DNA of 63,314 bases, from positions 1 through 63,314 of the forward strand of contig JAWOBN010000098.1 in the NCBI GenBank assembly GCA_046484245.1, read 5' to 3'. A model generated the notes under the pieces. It did not search any database, was not told where the DNA came from, and was given only the letters and a program-made list of their open reading frames with translations. The DNA is from a bacterium. GTDB taxonomy: Bacteria > Hydrothermota > 32-111. This document shows positions 1 through 9,292 of the stretch, in pieces; the first letter of the stretch is position 1; the number at the start of each line of letters is the position of its first letter. Made by a program: the position numbers and the translations under genes.

Positions 1-925
1 CTGCTTCCTTCTCAAATTCCTGTATGAATACTTGTCCTATGATCTTCCTCTTCTTCTCCGGGTCTGTAACACCAGCAAGTGCATCAATGAATCTGTCTGA
101 AGCATCTATCAGTTCAATATCCAGACCTGTCTTCTCCCTGAGGAGTTCAACTGTCTTCTCGCCCTCTCTATATCTGAGGAGGCCTGTGTCAATCATAAAA
201 CACTTGAGGCGCTCTCCTGCTGCCCTGTGCACCATCTCGGTTGCAACAGTGGAATCCACACCCCCGGATATACCTGATATGATATTGCCTTCAGGGTAGC
301 GGTCTTTTATCTCCTCTATCTTCTTCTTGACAAAACTCTCCGGTGACCATGATGCTCTGCAGTCACATATCCTGTGGACAAAATTGCTCAGCATCTGCCT
401 GCCGTGGACAGTATGCACCACTTCGGGATGAAACTGCAGTCCGTATATGTTTTTTTCACTATTATAAACAGCCCCTGCCTCTGTATTCTCGCTTCTGCCT
501 ATTATTTCAAATCCTGAAGGGACCTGTGTAACGCGGTCTGAATGAGACATCCACACAATGGAATTATCAGGGATACTGTCAAAAAGCGGATTATCTGTTT
601 TCATATCCAGTGCAGCCCTGCCATACTCCCTCTTATTGCTCTTTTCAACAGACCCGTCCATTTTATAAGCCATGATCTGCATGCCGTAGCATATACCCAG
701 CACAGGGATATCCTTCTTGAATATATCCGGGGATATATCCGGCGCATTACTGTCATACACACTGGCTGGCCCGCCTGAGAGGACTATGCCCTTTGTCCTG
801 CTTGTAATTGACTGAACTGCCTTTGAGGGCGGCACTATAACAGAATACACGCCTGATTCCCTGATGCGCCTTGCTATTAACTGCGTGTACTGTGAACCAA
901 AGTCCACTATTACAATATGTTCCAT
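1..925 (-). CDS. guaA: GMP synthase (glutamine-hydrolysing), N-terminal part; gene runs off the left edge
   Basis: Not in the ORF track because it is open at the window edge. Reverse translation from the ATG at 925 gives MEHIVIVDFGSQYTQLIARRIRESGVYS...GICYGMQ...LQFHPEV (class-I glutamine amidotransferase). This is followed by ISGGVDSTV (ATP pyrophosphatase P-loop). Confidence 0.9.
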   Translation of the reverse strand, partial: MEHIVIVDFGSQYTQLIARRIRESGVYSVIVPPSKAVQSITSRTKGIVLSGGPASVYDSNAPDISPDIFKKDIPVLGICYGMQIMAYKMDGSVEKSNKREYGRAALDMKTDNPLFDSIPDNSIVWMSHSDRVTQVPSGFEIIGRSENTEAGAVYNSEKNIYGLQFHPEVVHTVHGRQMLSNFVHRICDCRASWSPESFVKKKIEEIKDRYPEGNIISGISGGVDSTVATEMVHRAAGERLKCFMIDTGLLRYREGEKTVELLREKTGLDIELIDASDRFIDALAGVTDPEKKRKIIGQVFIQEFEKEA

Positions 926-927
926 TT

Positions 928-1569
928 TCATTGTGTTAATTGCCTCACTGCTTCACTAAGATTTTGATGTTTGAAGAAATATGAACCTGTGACAAGCCAC
1001 TGAGCTCCTGCACTGACTGCCTCTTTTGCAGTTTCGCTGTTTATGCCCCCGTCTATTTCAATACTGAAATTTAATTTATCCTGCTTCTTCTTGAGATACC
1101 TAACCTTTTCAAGAACCCCGCTGATAAATGACTGTCCTGCAAATCCGGGATTGACTGACATGACAAGCACATAATCAATTACTGGAAGATAGGGCTCAAC
1201 TGTTTTGATATCAGTAGGCGGATTGACTGCAAGACCGGGTTTTACTCCCCTTGAAGATATGTGTTCTATGAGTTTGCGCGGGTCTGAGACTGTCTCAATG
1301 TGAAAGGAAATGTAACTGACACCAGCATCAATGAAATCATCCGCGTATTTTTCAGGGTCAGCTATCATCAGATGCGCGTCCAGTTTCTTATCAGTGCACT
1401 TTTTTATTGTCTTTATCACCTTGGGCCCGAATGTGATATTCTCAACAAAATTGCCGTCCATTACATCAAGATGGAGCATATCAATGCTCCCGGGCAGTTT
1501 CTTCATTTCACTCTCAATGCATGAGAAATCCATTGAAAGAACTGAGGGCACTACCTTGACGCTATTCAT
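928..1569 (-). CDS. rpe: ribulose-phosphate 3-epimerase
   Basis: 213 aa with the LHLDVMDGNFV, VNPGFAGQSF and EIDGGIN signatures. The stop lies 2 nt from the guaA start. Confidence 0.9.
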   Translation of the reverse strand: MNSVKVVPSVLSMDFSCIESEMKKLPGSIDMLHLDVMDGNFVENITFGPKVIKTIKKCTDKKLDAHLMIADPEKYADDFIDAGVSYISFHIETVSDPRKLIEHISSRGVKPGLAVNPPTDIKTVEPYLPVIDYVLVMSVNPGFAGQSFISGVLEKVRYLKKKQDKLNFSIEIDGGINSETAKEAVSAGAQWLVTGSYFFKHQNLSEAVRQLTQ

Positions 1570-2374
1570 AATTGAATACCGGTATGCCCACTGTGAGATT
1601 TATTGTATCACCCTTCAAGACCCAGACACCGCTGTCAGGCGACTGCATGATAACAGTGGGTCTGTCATAATCACCCGGCTGCTCTATGAATTCACCTATA
1701 TGTATGTCATTTCTGCGCGCCAATGCCTGTGCTGAATCAGGCGACATTGCAATGAATGACGGGAGATTCACATAATCACTCTTATTGCCCCTGCTGACAT
1801 ACAGTATCACACCGCTTCCCTTTGTTGCTATTGTACCGCTCGGGGGATTGGTGTTTATTGCATTATTCTCCGATATATCGCCTGAGAATGAATACACTGT
1901 GTCCTTCACAGTAAACCCATTATTCTCTATCAGTGAGACCGCATCATTAATAAAGAGATTGCGCACAGTAGGCACAATCAGTTTCTCCGCACCCTTGGAT
2001 ATCACTATCTCTATTGTCTTTGAGAACTTGACCTTTGTATTGGGAAGGGGGGTCTGCGATACAATGACGGATTGATCTATCTTATCAGAGTATATCTCAT
2101 CACTGACACTGATTGAAAGGCCCTCTCTCTTTATAATCCTGCTTGCCTCATTTATATGCATGCCTGTGATGTCGGGTATCACTATCTCCGAGCCGGAGCG
2201 TATAATCCACGGCATCACAATGTAATTGGCAATAATGAATCCGGCAATCACTGAGAGTAATGCTGCACTGATAATAATGAGAGCCATCTTTGAACCGAAA
2301 TTATCTATATTGAATTTCGGCCTGAAGAATTGCTTCCTGTCTTTTTTATCTATCTGCCTTCCACGTTCAGCCAT
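1562..2374 (-). CDS. membrane-anchored PASTA-repeat protein (no kinase or transpeptidase domain)
   Basis: 270 aa. One TM helix (LIIISAALLSVIAGFIIANYIV) is followed by three ~65-aa PASTA-like repeats (IPDITGMHINEA...VISKG, VPTVRNLFINDA..., LPSFIAMSPDSA...). Confidence 0.75.
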   Translation of the reverse strand: MAERGRQIDKKDRKQFFRPKFNIDNFGSKMALIIISAALLSVIAGFIIANYIVMPWIIRSGSEIVIPDITGMHINEASRIIKREGLSISVSDEIYSDKIDQSVIVSQTPLPNTKVKFSKTIEIVISKGAEKLIVPTVRNLFINDAVSLIENNGFTVKDTVYSFSGDISENNAINTNPPSGTIATKGSGVILYVSRGNKSDYVNLPSFIAMSPDSAQALARRNDIHIGEFIEQPGDYDRPTVIMQSPDSGVWVLKGDTINLTVGIPVFNYE

Positions 2375-3147
2375 ATTTCCACACCGCTTCCTTTCTTGAC
2401 TTTTGTTCCTGATTTGGGCTGCTGCCTGATAACTATATCAAAGGGATACTCCACATTTGTCGTATAGTGGGTCTGTTCAACATACAGCCCCGCATTCTTT
2501 ATCTTTGTAATTGCAGATGACCTTGATGACCTGTAAACATCAGGTACAGTAACAGAGCCCACGCCCTGCGATACATATATATCAACTGATGAGCCTTCGG
2601 CAATAACTGTTCCGCTCTCCGGTTTTGTCCGTATCACTGCATCTGCCGGATACTTGTCATTATCAATATACTCCACACTGCCTATCTGCAGGCCCTTGGC
2701 AATAATATCACGCTGCACATCATCTATATTGAGACCGGCATAATGAGGGAGAGTGATATTCTCAGGTGTTTCCGGCTCCTCTTTTGTCTCAACAGGATCT
2801 TCCTCTTCCATTGCAGGACCGGCACTTATTATGACATTTATAACACTGTTCTTCTCAACCTCAGCACCTGCCATTGGTGACTGGGAGAGTATCTTGCCTT
2901 TGCTCTCATCAGAGACCTTCTCTGATTCTATAAAAACAGGAAGCCCCTTGTTCATTGCAATGATCTTTGCCCTGTCAATATTGAGGCCCTCCAGCTGGGG
3001 CACTTCAATCTTACTGTCTGCCTGTTCATTGGAGAGAAAACCGATATTGGGAACAACAAACAGAATCATTACAAAAACAACAATTAATGATACAAATAGT
3101 GAGGTAAGAAAGGATATCCAGAATGTCTTTGCAGTATTGTCATACAT
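2350..3147 (-). CDS. membrane-anchored PASTA-repeat protein (no kinase or transpeptidase domain)
   Basis: 265 aa. TM helix, then a PASTA repeat (VPQLEGLNIDRAKIIA...IISAG), an acidic linker (EEEDPVETKEEPETPE) and two more PASTA repeats. Overlaps the next PASTA gene by 25 nt. Confidence 0.75.
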   Translation of the reverse strand: MYDNTAKTFWISFLTSLFVSLIVVFVMILFVVPNIGFLSNEQADSKIEVPQLEGLNIDRAKIIAMNKGLPVFIESEKVSDESKGKILSQSPMAGAEVEKNSVINVIISAGPAMEEEDPVETKEEPETPENITLPHYAGLNIDDVQRDIIAKGLQIGSVEYIDNDKYPADAVIRTKPESGTVIAEGSSVDIYVSQGVGSVTVPDVYRSSRSSAITKIKNAGLYVEQTHYTTNVEYPFDIVIRQQPKSGTKVKKGSGVEIWLNVEGR

Positions 3148-4308
3148 TTACGCCTCCTCTTTTATTAATATTGCCCCATATGCGCCATTATGGGGATTGC
3201 CGAAAGTGAAATATTCACTCTGCAATTTATAGTTATCATGTCTCTGAAGAAACATCTCTGTTATCTCCTGATTCTCCTCAGAGAAAATTGAGCATGTTAT
3301 ATAGAATATCATACCATTCTCTTTTACAAATTCATCCGCCTTTTCAAGCAGTGATGTCTGCAGCCGCCTCAGGGGACCTATCTTCTTTCTGTAATTGTAC
3401 TTCACATCAGGGTTTTTCCTGATTGTCCCTGTTGCAGTACAGGGTGCGTCCACAATAACAAGATCAAAGACCTTCTTGAGATTCAATGAGAGCATGTCAC
3501 AGACGCGTGTCTCAATATTGAGATTCATTCTCCGTGCATTTTTGTCAATAAGAGCAGTGCGGTCCGGATTCCTGTCAACAGCAGTGACAGATGCTTCAGG
3601 GTATAAGCTCTTTACAAGCACACTCTTGCCTCCGGGTGCTGCGCAGCAGTCCAGTACAGAATGTATATTGCCTTCAAGCATTCTGAACATATCAGTATAG
3701 ACCGGGTCAATGATGTATTCATCACTGGTCAGTTCATAATCATCTCCGGGCTCTCTTGTCTCATGGGTCTTTATATTGTATATGACAGCATTGTAATGAC
3801 TATTATAGAACTGAGTAAGGTCTGCTGCACCCTCAAATCCATTATGCTTGATGAGGTAATCAATAAAATGATGGGGGAATGAGTATTTCACTGAGAGTTC
3901 CTTCTTGTTATTGCCCGGCGGAAGGGAGAGTTTATCCCTGTTCCGTGTGAATTCCCGCAATGCCCAGTTTACAAAACCCTTTGCACGCTTGTCAGTGCTC
4001 TCCGCAAGCTCCACTGCCTCATTGACAACAGCATAATCCTTCTTCTTCATAAAGTGCATCTGATATATGCTCATTCTCAGATTATCGCGTGTCTTTGATG
4101 ATGCATTTGTTATGGACTGTCCTGTTGCCTCTTTGAAGAAATGGTCAATGAGCAGCTTATGCCTCACAGTGCCGTAGGTTATTTCCTTCACTGTATTGGT
4201 CTTGAGCCTGTTCAGGGGAATGGTCTGACTGTCAAAGATCTCTTTGAGGCTCCTGCCGGAGAATGTCTTGTGTATTATATTGTAAGCAATCAGTCTTTCT
4301 TCTTCCAA
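3148..4308 (-). CDS. rsmB: 16S rRNA (cytosine-C5)-methyltransferase, RsmB/Sun family
   Basis: 386 aa. NusB-like N-terminal half, then SAM-MTase motifs DCCAAPGGKS and DAPCTATGTIRKNPD carrying the catalytic Cys pair. Confidence 0.8.
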   Translation of the reverse strand: MEEERLIAYNIIHKTFSGRSLKEIFDSQTIPLNRLKTNTVKEITYGTVRHKLLIDHFFKEATGQSITNASSKTRDNLRMSIYQMHFMKKKDYAVVNEAVELAESTDKRAKGFVNWALREFTRNRDKLSLPPGNNKKELSVKYSFPHHFIDYLIKHNGFEGAADLTQFYNSHYNAVIYNIKTHETREPGDDYELTSDEYIIDPVYTDMFRMLEGNIHSVLDCCAAPGGKSVLVKSLYPEASVTAVDRNPDRTALIDKNARRMNLNIETRVCDMLSLNLKKVFDLVIVDAPCTATGTIRKNPDVKYNYRKKIGPLRRLQTSLLEKADEFVKENGMIFYITCSIFSEENQEITEMFLQRHDNYKLQSEYFTFGNPHNGAYGAILIKEEA

Positions 4309-5630
4309 TCCGTCCTGTCCCCGCTGTCTCTCAGTTCAATGTTTTCAGATGCCAGTGTGTCCCTTATAAAATCCGCTATATCATAATTGCCCGCTTTCCT
4401 GGCTCTGTTTCTCGCTTCAATGAGCATATCAATATATACACCTGCATCAGCATTAATATCATTCTCTGTTTCTACCGGAAGTCCTATCTTGTCTGTCATT
4501 ACAGCAATTGTCTTCCTCATTACATCTTCATTTTTGCCTGCATTGACACTCCTTACAGCATCAAATATCACTTTCAGTGCACGGGGTGTATTGAAATCAT
4601 CATAGAGCTCTTCTGTCATTGCCTGCACCATGTCACTGTCAGGACTCTCCGCACACTGCCCGTCCATTGCATTGCTTATTGAATTATATGCACTGCGCGC
4701 CTCATTGAGCCTCTCTGATGAGAATTCTATTGTCTTTCTGTAATGCGTCTTGTAGAGATAGAGACGCAGAACTGCGGGGCTGTATTCCTTGAGCAGCCGG
4801 GACATCTCAAAAACATTGCCTATAGATTTGGACATCTTCTCACCCTTCATATTGACCATTCCATTATGAATCCAGTACCGGGCAAATTCCCTGCCTGTCG
4901 CGCATTCGCTCTGGGCAATCTCATTTTCATGATGGGGGAAAATGAGGTCCTCGCCCCCTGTGTGTATATCAAATGTCTCACCGAGATAATGCATGCTCAT
5001 TGCAGAGCATTCAACATGCCATCCGGGTCTGCCCCTGCCGAATGGTGAATGCCAGTACGGCTCGCCTGCTGTATGCTTCTTCCACAATGCAAAATCAAAG
5101 GGGTGTTTCTTGCCTTCTGCCATTTCAACCCTTTTGGCCTCAATGAGGTCCTCGGTTTTTTTACCGGAGAGCTTGCCGTAATCACTGTCAGATGATACAG
5201 AAAAATACACATTGCCGTCAGCATTATACGCATAACCCTCATCAATGAGTTTCTCTATTATCTCTATGATCTCCTGTATATGGCCCGTTGCCCTGGGATA
5301 GTATGTGAATGGCTCTATATTCATCTCTTCCATTGCACTGAGATACAGTCTCATATTGTCCTCAGCTATCTTCCTGTAATCATCACCTGTCTCTGTCATC
5401 TTTTCAATCAGTTTATCATCAATATCAGTGAAATTATAAACACTCCTCACTTTGAATCCCGCTTCTTTCAGTGTGCGCCTTACTGTGTCTGCTGTTACTG
5501 CTGCTCTCATATGACCTATATGGGGTCTGCCCTGCACTGTCGCACCGCAGGAGTAGAGTGATACACTGTCTTTTTTAAGGGGTTTGAATTCCTGCTTCTG
5601 CTTTGTCAGAGTATTGAAAATCCTTATCAA
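4290..5630 (-). CDS. cysS: cysteine--tRNA ligase
   Basis: 446 aa. HIGH-type motif (GRPHIGHMR) and KMSKS motif, with a typical CysRS N-terminus MIRIFNTLT. Confidence 0.95.
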   Translation of the reverse strand: MIRIFNTLTKQKQEFKPLKKDSVSLYSCGATVQGRPHIGHMRAAVTADTVRRTLKEAGFKVRSVYNFTDIDDKLIEKMTETGDDYRKIAEDNMRLYLSAMEEMNIEPFTYYPRATGHIQEIIEIIEKLIDEGYAYNADGNVYFSVSSDSDYGKLSGKKTEDLIEAKRVEMAEGKKHPFDFALWKKHTAGEPYWHSPFGRGRPGWHVECSAMSMHYLGETFDIHTGGEDLIFPHHENEIAQSECATGREFARYWIHNGMVNMKGEKMSKSIGNVFEMSRLLKEYSPAVLRLYLYKTHYRKTIEFSSERLNEARSAYNSISNAMDGQCAESPDSDMVQAMTEELYDDFNTPRALKVIFDAVRSVNAGKNEDVMRKTIAVMTDKIGLPVETENDINADAGVYIDMLIEARNRARKAGNYDIADFIRDTLASENIELRDSGDRTDWKKKD

Positions 5631-6073
5631 TCATCCTCCTTTTTCATCAGAACAGCTGTAAAATCACCCTGACAGACGACCTTACCGTCAACATACGCTT
5701 TGCCCTCAATCTTCAGCACATTGTTCTTGCTTGATACAAGTTTGCACTTATTTATGAGCACATCACCGGGTCTTACCGGTCTCTTGAATTTCACATTGTT
5801 TATTCTGGCAAAATACGGTACATAATCATCCCGATTATCCAGTTCATTGACAAGGAATACTGCGCCTGTCTGAGCCAGTGATTCAATGATAAGCACACCC
5901 GGCATTATGGGGTGACCGGGGAAATGCCCCTGAAAGAACGGTTCATTAATTGTAACGCATTTACGGCCCGTCACCTCTGTGTCTGAATAGCTTTCAATCC
6001 TGTCTATGAGGAGAAAGGGATATCTGTGGGGAAGCAGTTCCATTATTCTGAATATATCTATATCTTTTGTCAT
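5627..6073 (-). CDS. fabZ: 3-hydroxyacyl-ACP dehydratase
   Basis: 148 aa with the hot-dog dehydratase signature LPHRYPFLLIDRI...HFPGHPIMPGVL. Confidence 0.95.
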   Translation of the reverse strand: MTKDIDIFRIMELLPHRYPFLLIDRIESYSDTEVTGRKCVTINEPFFQGHFPGHPIMPGVLIIESLAQTGAVFLVNELDNRDDYVPYFARINNVKFKRPVRPGDVLINKCKLVSSKNNVLKIEGKAYVDGKVVCQGDFTAVLMKKEDD

Positions 6074-7023
6074 TTTCCCTCCTCCATAAGTTTTTTTATC
6101 TCTGTAATTATTTCACTGACCTTGTTTTCAAAATCCATGTCACCGTCTGCCTCTTTTTCAATATCCTTGAGCAGTGTTCTTTTCCTGACATCCAGCACTT
6201 CCACCTTCATGATGATTCTGCTTCCTGACATGGACACACTGCCTGAAACAGCATAGTCAGCCTCAAGTTCAGTGGCATAATTTATCCTGTCCTGTATTGT
6301 CATATCCTCTATGTCTGTCACACCCCTGCTTTGAAGGAGTGCATTTACCTCTCTTATGCTCACTGCTTCAGTTTTATTCTCAACCTGAAGATTCTTGTAG
6401 AGATTGGTCGCCAGCTTGATATGATACTGTTCATTCCTCGTTTCCTTATCCTCTGCAATGAAATCATAAACAATATAGTCCCTGACCTTCTGCACAGGCA
6501 CAAAGAATTCCTTATTGAGTTCTTCAATGACCCTCTCTGTCAGGTTATTCTCGGGAGTTATGTATATGACATTGCCCTCGGAAATATCAAATATCGCATC
6601 ATAGCTCTCAGCTTCGGCAATCTCCTTCAATGCCTCATTGAGCTTCTCAATAACAGGTGTGAGCATCTGGCTGTTTATTGTCGTTGCCTTGCCGTTCTCC
6701 CCCCATATTGTCTCTATGAAATCATTGAGTTTATCCCTCTTCTTGTTGATTGCATCCCTCTTTCTTATCTTGGCTTCTTCAGAGAGCATGGGGGCTTCAT
6801 TCTCATACTCGCTTTCCAGTTTTATTATTTCATTCTCCATCTGGGTTATCTCTTCCTTCCACTGATTCATCTCTTTGGATATATTCTTGTTGATATCCTC
6901 CATGCCCTTATACTCATTGAATATCTGCCGGCTGTTTATGTATCCTATTTTGGACTGCCCCGCAAGTGCGACTGCAAACAATGGTATGAGAATCAGTATA
7001 TAGAGTTTCTTCATAATAACCAC
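6070..7023 (-). CDS. skp: OmpH/Skp-family periplasmic chaperone with an extra C-terminal domain
   Basis: 317 aa. Signal peptide, then residues ~25-170 form a K/E-rich coiled arm (SKIGYINSRQIFNEYKG...). The gene sits between bamA and fabZ. The last ~145 aa are an additional alpha/beta-looking domain. Confidence 0.75.
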   Translation of the reverse strand: MVIMKKLYILILIPLFAVALAGQSKIGYINSRQIFNEYKGMEDINKNISKEMNQWKEEITQMENEIIKLESEYENEAPMLSEEAKIRKRDAINKKRDKLNDFIETIWGENGKATTINSQMLTPVIEKLNEALKEIAEAESYDAIFDISEGNVIYITPENNLTERVIEELNKEFFVPVQKVRDYIVYDFIAEDKETRNEQYHIKLATNLYKNLQVENKTEAVSIREVNALLQSRGVTDIEDMTIQDRINYATELEADYAVSGSVSMSGSRIIMKVEVLDVRKRTLLKDIEKEADGDMDFENKVSEIITEIKKLMEEGK

Positions 7024-7024
7024 C

Positions 7025-9292
7025 TTAGAATGTTGTTCCTATCTGGAAATGCGGTTCCCATCTCTGGCCGCCTGCATGACGCGTGTCAGTGAATCCGTAT
7101 CCCAGGTCAATACCGAGAATACCCATCATGGGTATTTCCATGCGCACACCGAGACCCGCACCCTGATAGAGGGGTTTGAAATTACTGCTGTATGCCTCAG
7201 TCATATTCTCCCAGGCATTGCCGATATCATAGAATGCCAGTATATACGCCTGTTCATTGAGCTTCATCCTCAGTTCAACATTGGCAAGCAGGGCGCCCCT
7301 GCCGCCTATACAATATGAATCCAGGTAGGGTCCTACTCCCCTGTCATAATATCCCCTCAGTCCCCAGTAGCCGACACCGCCGAGGCGGAATCTCTCTGAC
7401 AGAGGCACAGTATTGGGATCAGAGTATCCGTCAACAACACCGAATGACATTCTTGTCATGAGCACGAATTCCCACGGGAGATTCTGATAATGCCTGACAT
7501 CACCGCTTATCTTCCAGTAATCTATCTGACCGCCCAGCACACTGCCTGCAAAATTGAGATAGAGTCCGGTAAGCTGCCCTGCAGTGGGATAGAGTGAATG
7601 ATTTCTCGTGTCCCTCACAATTGACGGGGATAATTCGGAGAGCATTTTGGGATCACCGAGCTGATCCTGTATCCAGGGGTCAAGGAACTGCACAGCAGTT
7701 GTATCAGTATAGAGATGGACATTCTCCAGTTTGTATGTGAGATATATCTTTGTGGAGAATCTCTCAGACAGTGTGTATCCTGTTCTTATCTTTCCTCCTG
7801 CCCTTCTGTCATTGTAATATGTATAGTCCTTTGTAATATAGTAGCCGTCAAGGCCCACGAGAACAGGATAGCCCATCAGATACGGTTCAGTGAATGAGCC
7901 ATTGAAATTCGTTATTCTCTGACCCTTCTCAAAAAGTATGCTTGATGAAACACCCTTGCCCATAATATTGTTGAGTCCGACTTTGAGATTACCTGTAATT
8001 CCGTCAACCTGATTATACTGGGCTCCTATATTGAATTGTCCTGTTTCCTTTTCCGCAACCTCAAATTCAATATCCACCATTCCCTCTTCCCGCAGGGGCC
8101 GGGGATTTATCATGACATTCTCCAGCAGTCCCGACCTGTAGAGATTATCGCTTGACATGACAACTTCATTCCTTCTGAATATATTGCCCGGACGCGCAAG
8201 TATCTCCCGTCTTATGACCCTGTCCTCTGTCTTCTCATTGCCCAGTATGTCAATAAATCTCACAATTGCCTGTTTATTCTCTATTATATTGAGATGATAA
8301 TCAATAACCGAATCAGCCCTCTCCTCCTGGGGCTCAACAGAAACATATATATAGCCGTTATTCATGTAATACTCGTAAATCCTCCCGACCATTTCATCAA
8401 GTGTATTCTTATTGAATTCAGTCATGGGTCTTATGGATATAAAATGCTCAATGATCCTGTCTTCAATTTCATCATTGCCTGAATAATCAAATGTCCCGAA
8501 GTAGTATTTATCACCCTGTGTCACATATATCTTGAGTGTGAGCCATTGCTTGTCATATGAGAGGTCCTTCACAACAGAGTCCAGTCTCGCATCAGGAAAA
8601 CCGTTCTCCTTTATTGCAGCAACTATTGTCTGCTTGTCCTCTTCAAATTCCTTCTGCTTGAATATACCGTCCCTGAAGAGACCCTTTGATTTGATATTCA
8701 TCCGGGATTTGATCTTATCATCAGTAATCCCCCAGTTGCCGAATACCTCAATATGCCTTATACGGACCTGTTTGTTCTCCTCCATGCGTATTATGAGGTC
8801 TGCCCGTGATTCAGCAATATCGCTTGTCTCAATATTGACTTCCGCATTGAGAAACCCTTTCTCCTCATAGAGCAGCTCTATCTTGTCCTTCATCTCAAAG
8901 AGCATATTGTCCGAAATGAAATTCCCCTCGCGCACATCAATCACATCTTCTATTTCATCATTCTTGACCGCCTTGTTGCCCTTTATCAGTATATTGTCAA
9001 TCCTGCGGTTCTCTCTCACGGATATTATCAGCACATTGCCTGTGCCTTTTTCCTCAGCATATATCTCAACCTGCTCAAATATGCCTGTTGAGTACAGCTC
9101 TTTTATAGCCCTTTTTATTCTTTCCGGCTTAGGTGCCGGCCCCACATCAAGACCGGAGCGGTTTATGATATATTCCTTGGATGAATAATTATTGTTCTCA
9201 ACTTGTATATCAACGATCCTCGCATCTTCAAGTGCAAAGATGCTGATTGTCATGATCATCAATACTGTAAGCAGTGTCAGGCGATACTTCAA
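7025..9292 (-). CDS. bamA: outer membrane protein assembly factor BamA
   Basis: 755 aa. Signal peptide, POTRA-like repeats and an Omp85 barrel ending ...HFQIGTTF. Confidence 0.9.
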   Translation of the reverse strand: MKYRLTLLTVLMIMTISIFALEDARIVDIQVENNNYSSKEYIINRSGLDVGPAPKPERIKRAIKELYSTGIFEQVEIYAEEKGTGNVLIISVRENRRIDNILIKGNKAVKNDEIEDVIDVREGNFISDNMLFEMKDKIELLYEEKGFLNAEVNIETSDIAESRADLIIRMEENKQVRIRHIEVFGNWGITDDKIKSRMNIKSKGLFRDGIFKQKEFEEDKQTIVAAIKENGFPDARLDSVVKDLSYDKQWLTLKIYVTQGDKYYFGTFDYSGNDEIEDRIIEHFISIRPMTEFNKNTLDEMVGRIYEYYMNNGYIYVSVEPQEERADSVIDYHLNIIENKQAIVRFIDILGNEKTEDRVIRREILARPGNIFRRNEVVMSSDNLYRSGLLENVMINPRPLREEGMVDIEFEVAEKETGQFNIGAQYNQVDGITGNLKVGLNNIMGKGVSSSILFEKGQRITNFNGSFTEPYLMGYPVLVGLDGYYITKDYTYYNDRRAGGKIRTGYTLSERFSTKIYLTYKLENVHLYTDTTAVQFLDPWIQDQLGDPKMLSELSPSIVRDTRNHSLYPTAGQLTGLYLNFAGSVLGGQIDYWKISGDVRHYQNLPWEFVLMTRMSFGVVDGYSDPNTVPLSERFRLGGVGYWGLRGYYDRGVGPYLDSYCIGGRGALLANVELRMKLNEQAYILAFYDIGNAWENMTEAYSSNFKPLYQGAGLGVRMEIPMMGILGIDLGYGFTDTRHAGGQRWEPHFQIGTTF

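Noticed and set aside
6331-7092. Long antisense ORFs, for example 253 aa opposite skp, 159 aa at 25429-25908, 175 aa at 34166-34693 and 165 aa at 29881-30378.
   Set aside because: Each lies fully inside a well-supported gene on the other strand. Their composition is low-complexity and hydrophobic with no motifs or RBS. This is typical of stop-poor antisense frames of K/E-rich genes.
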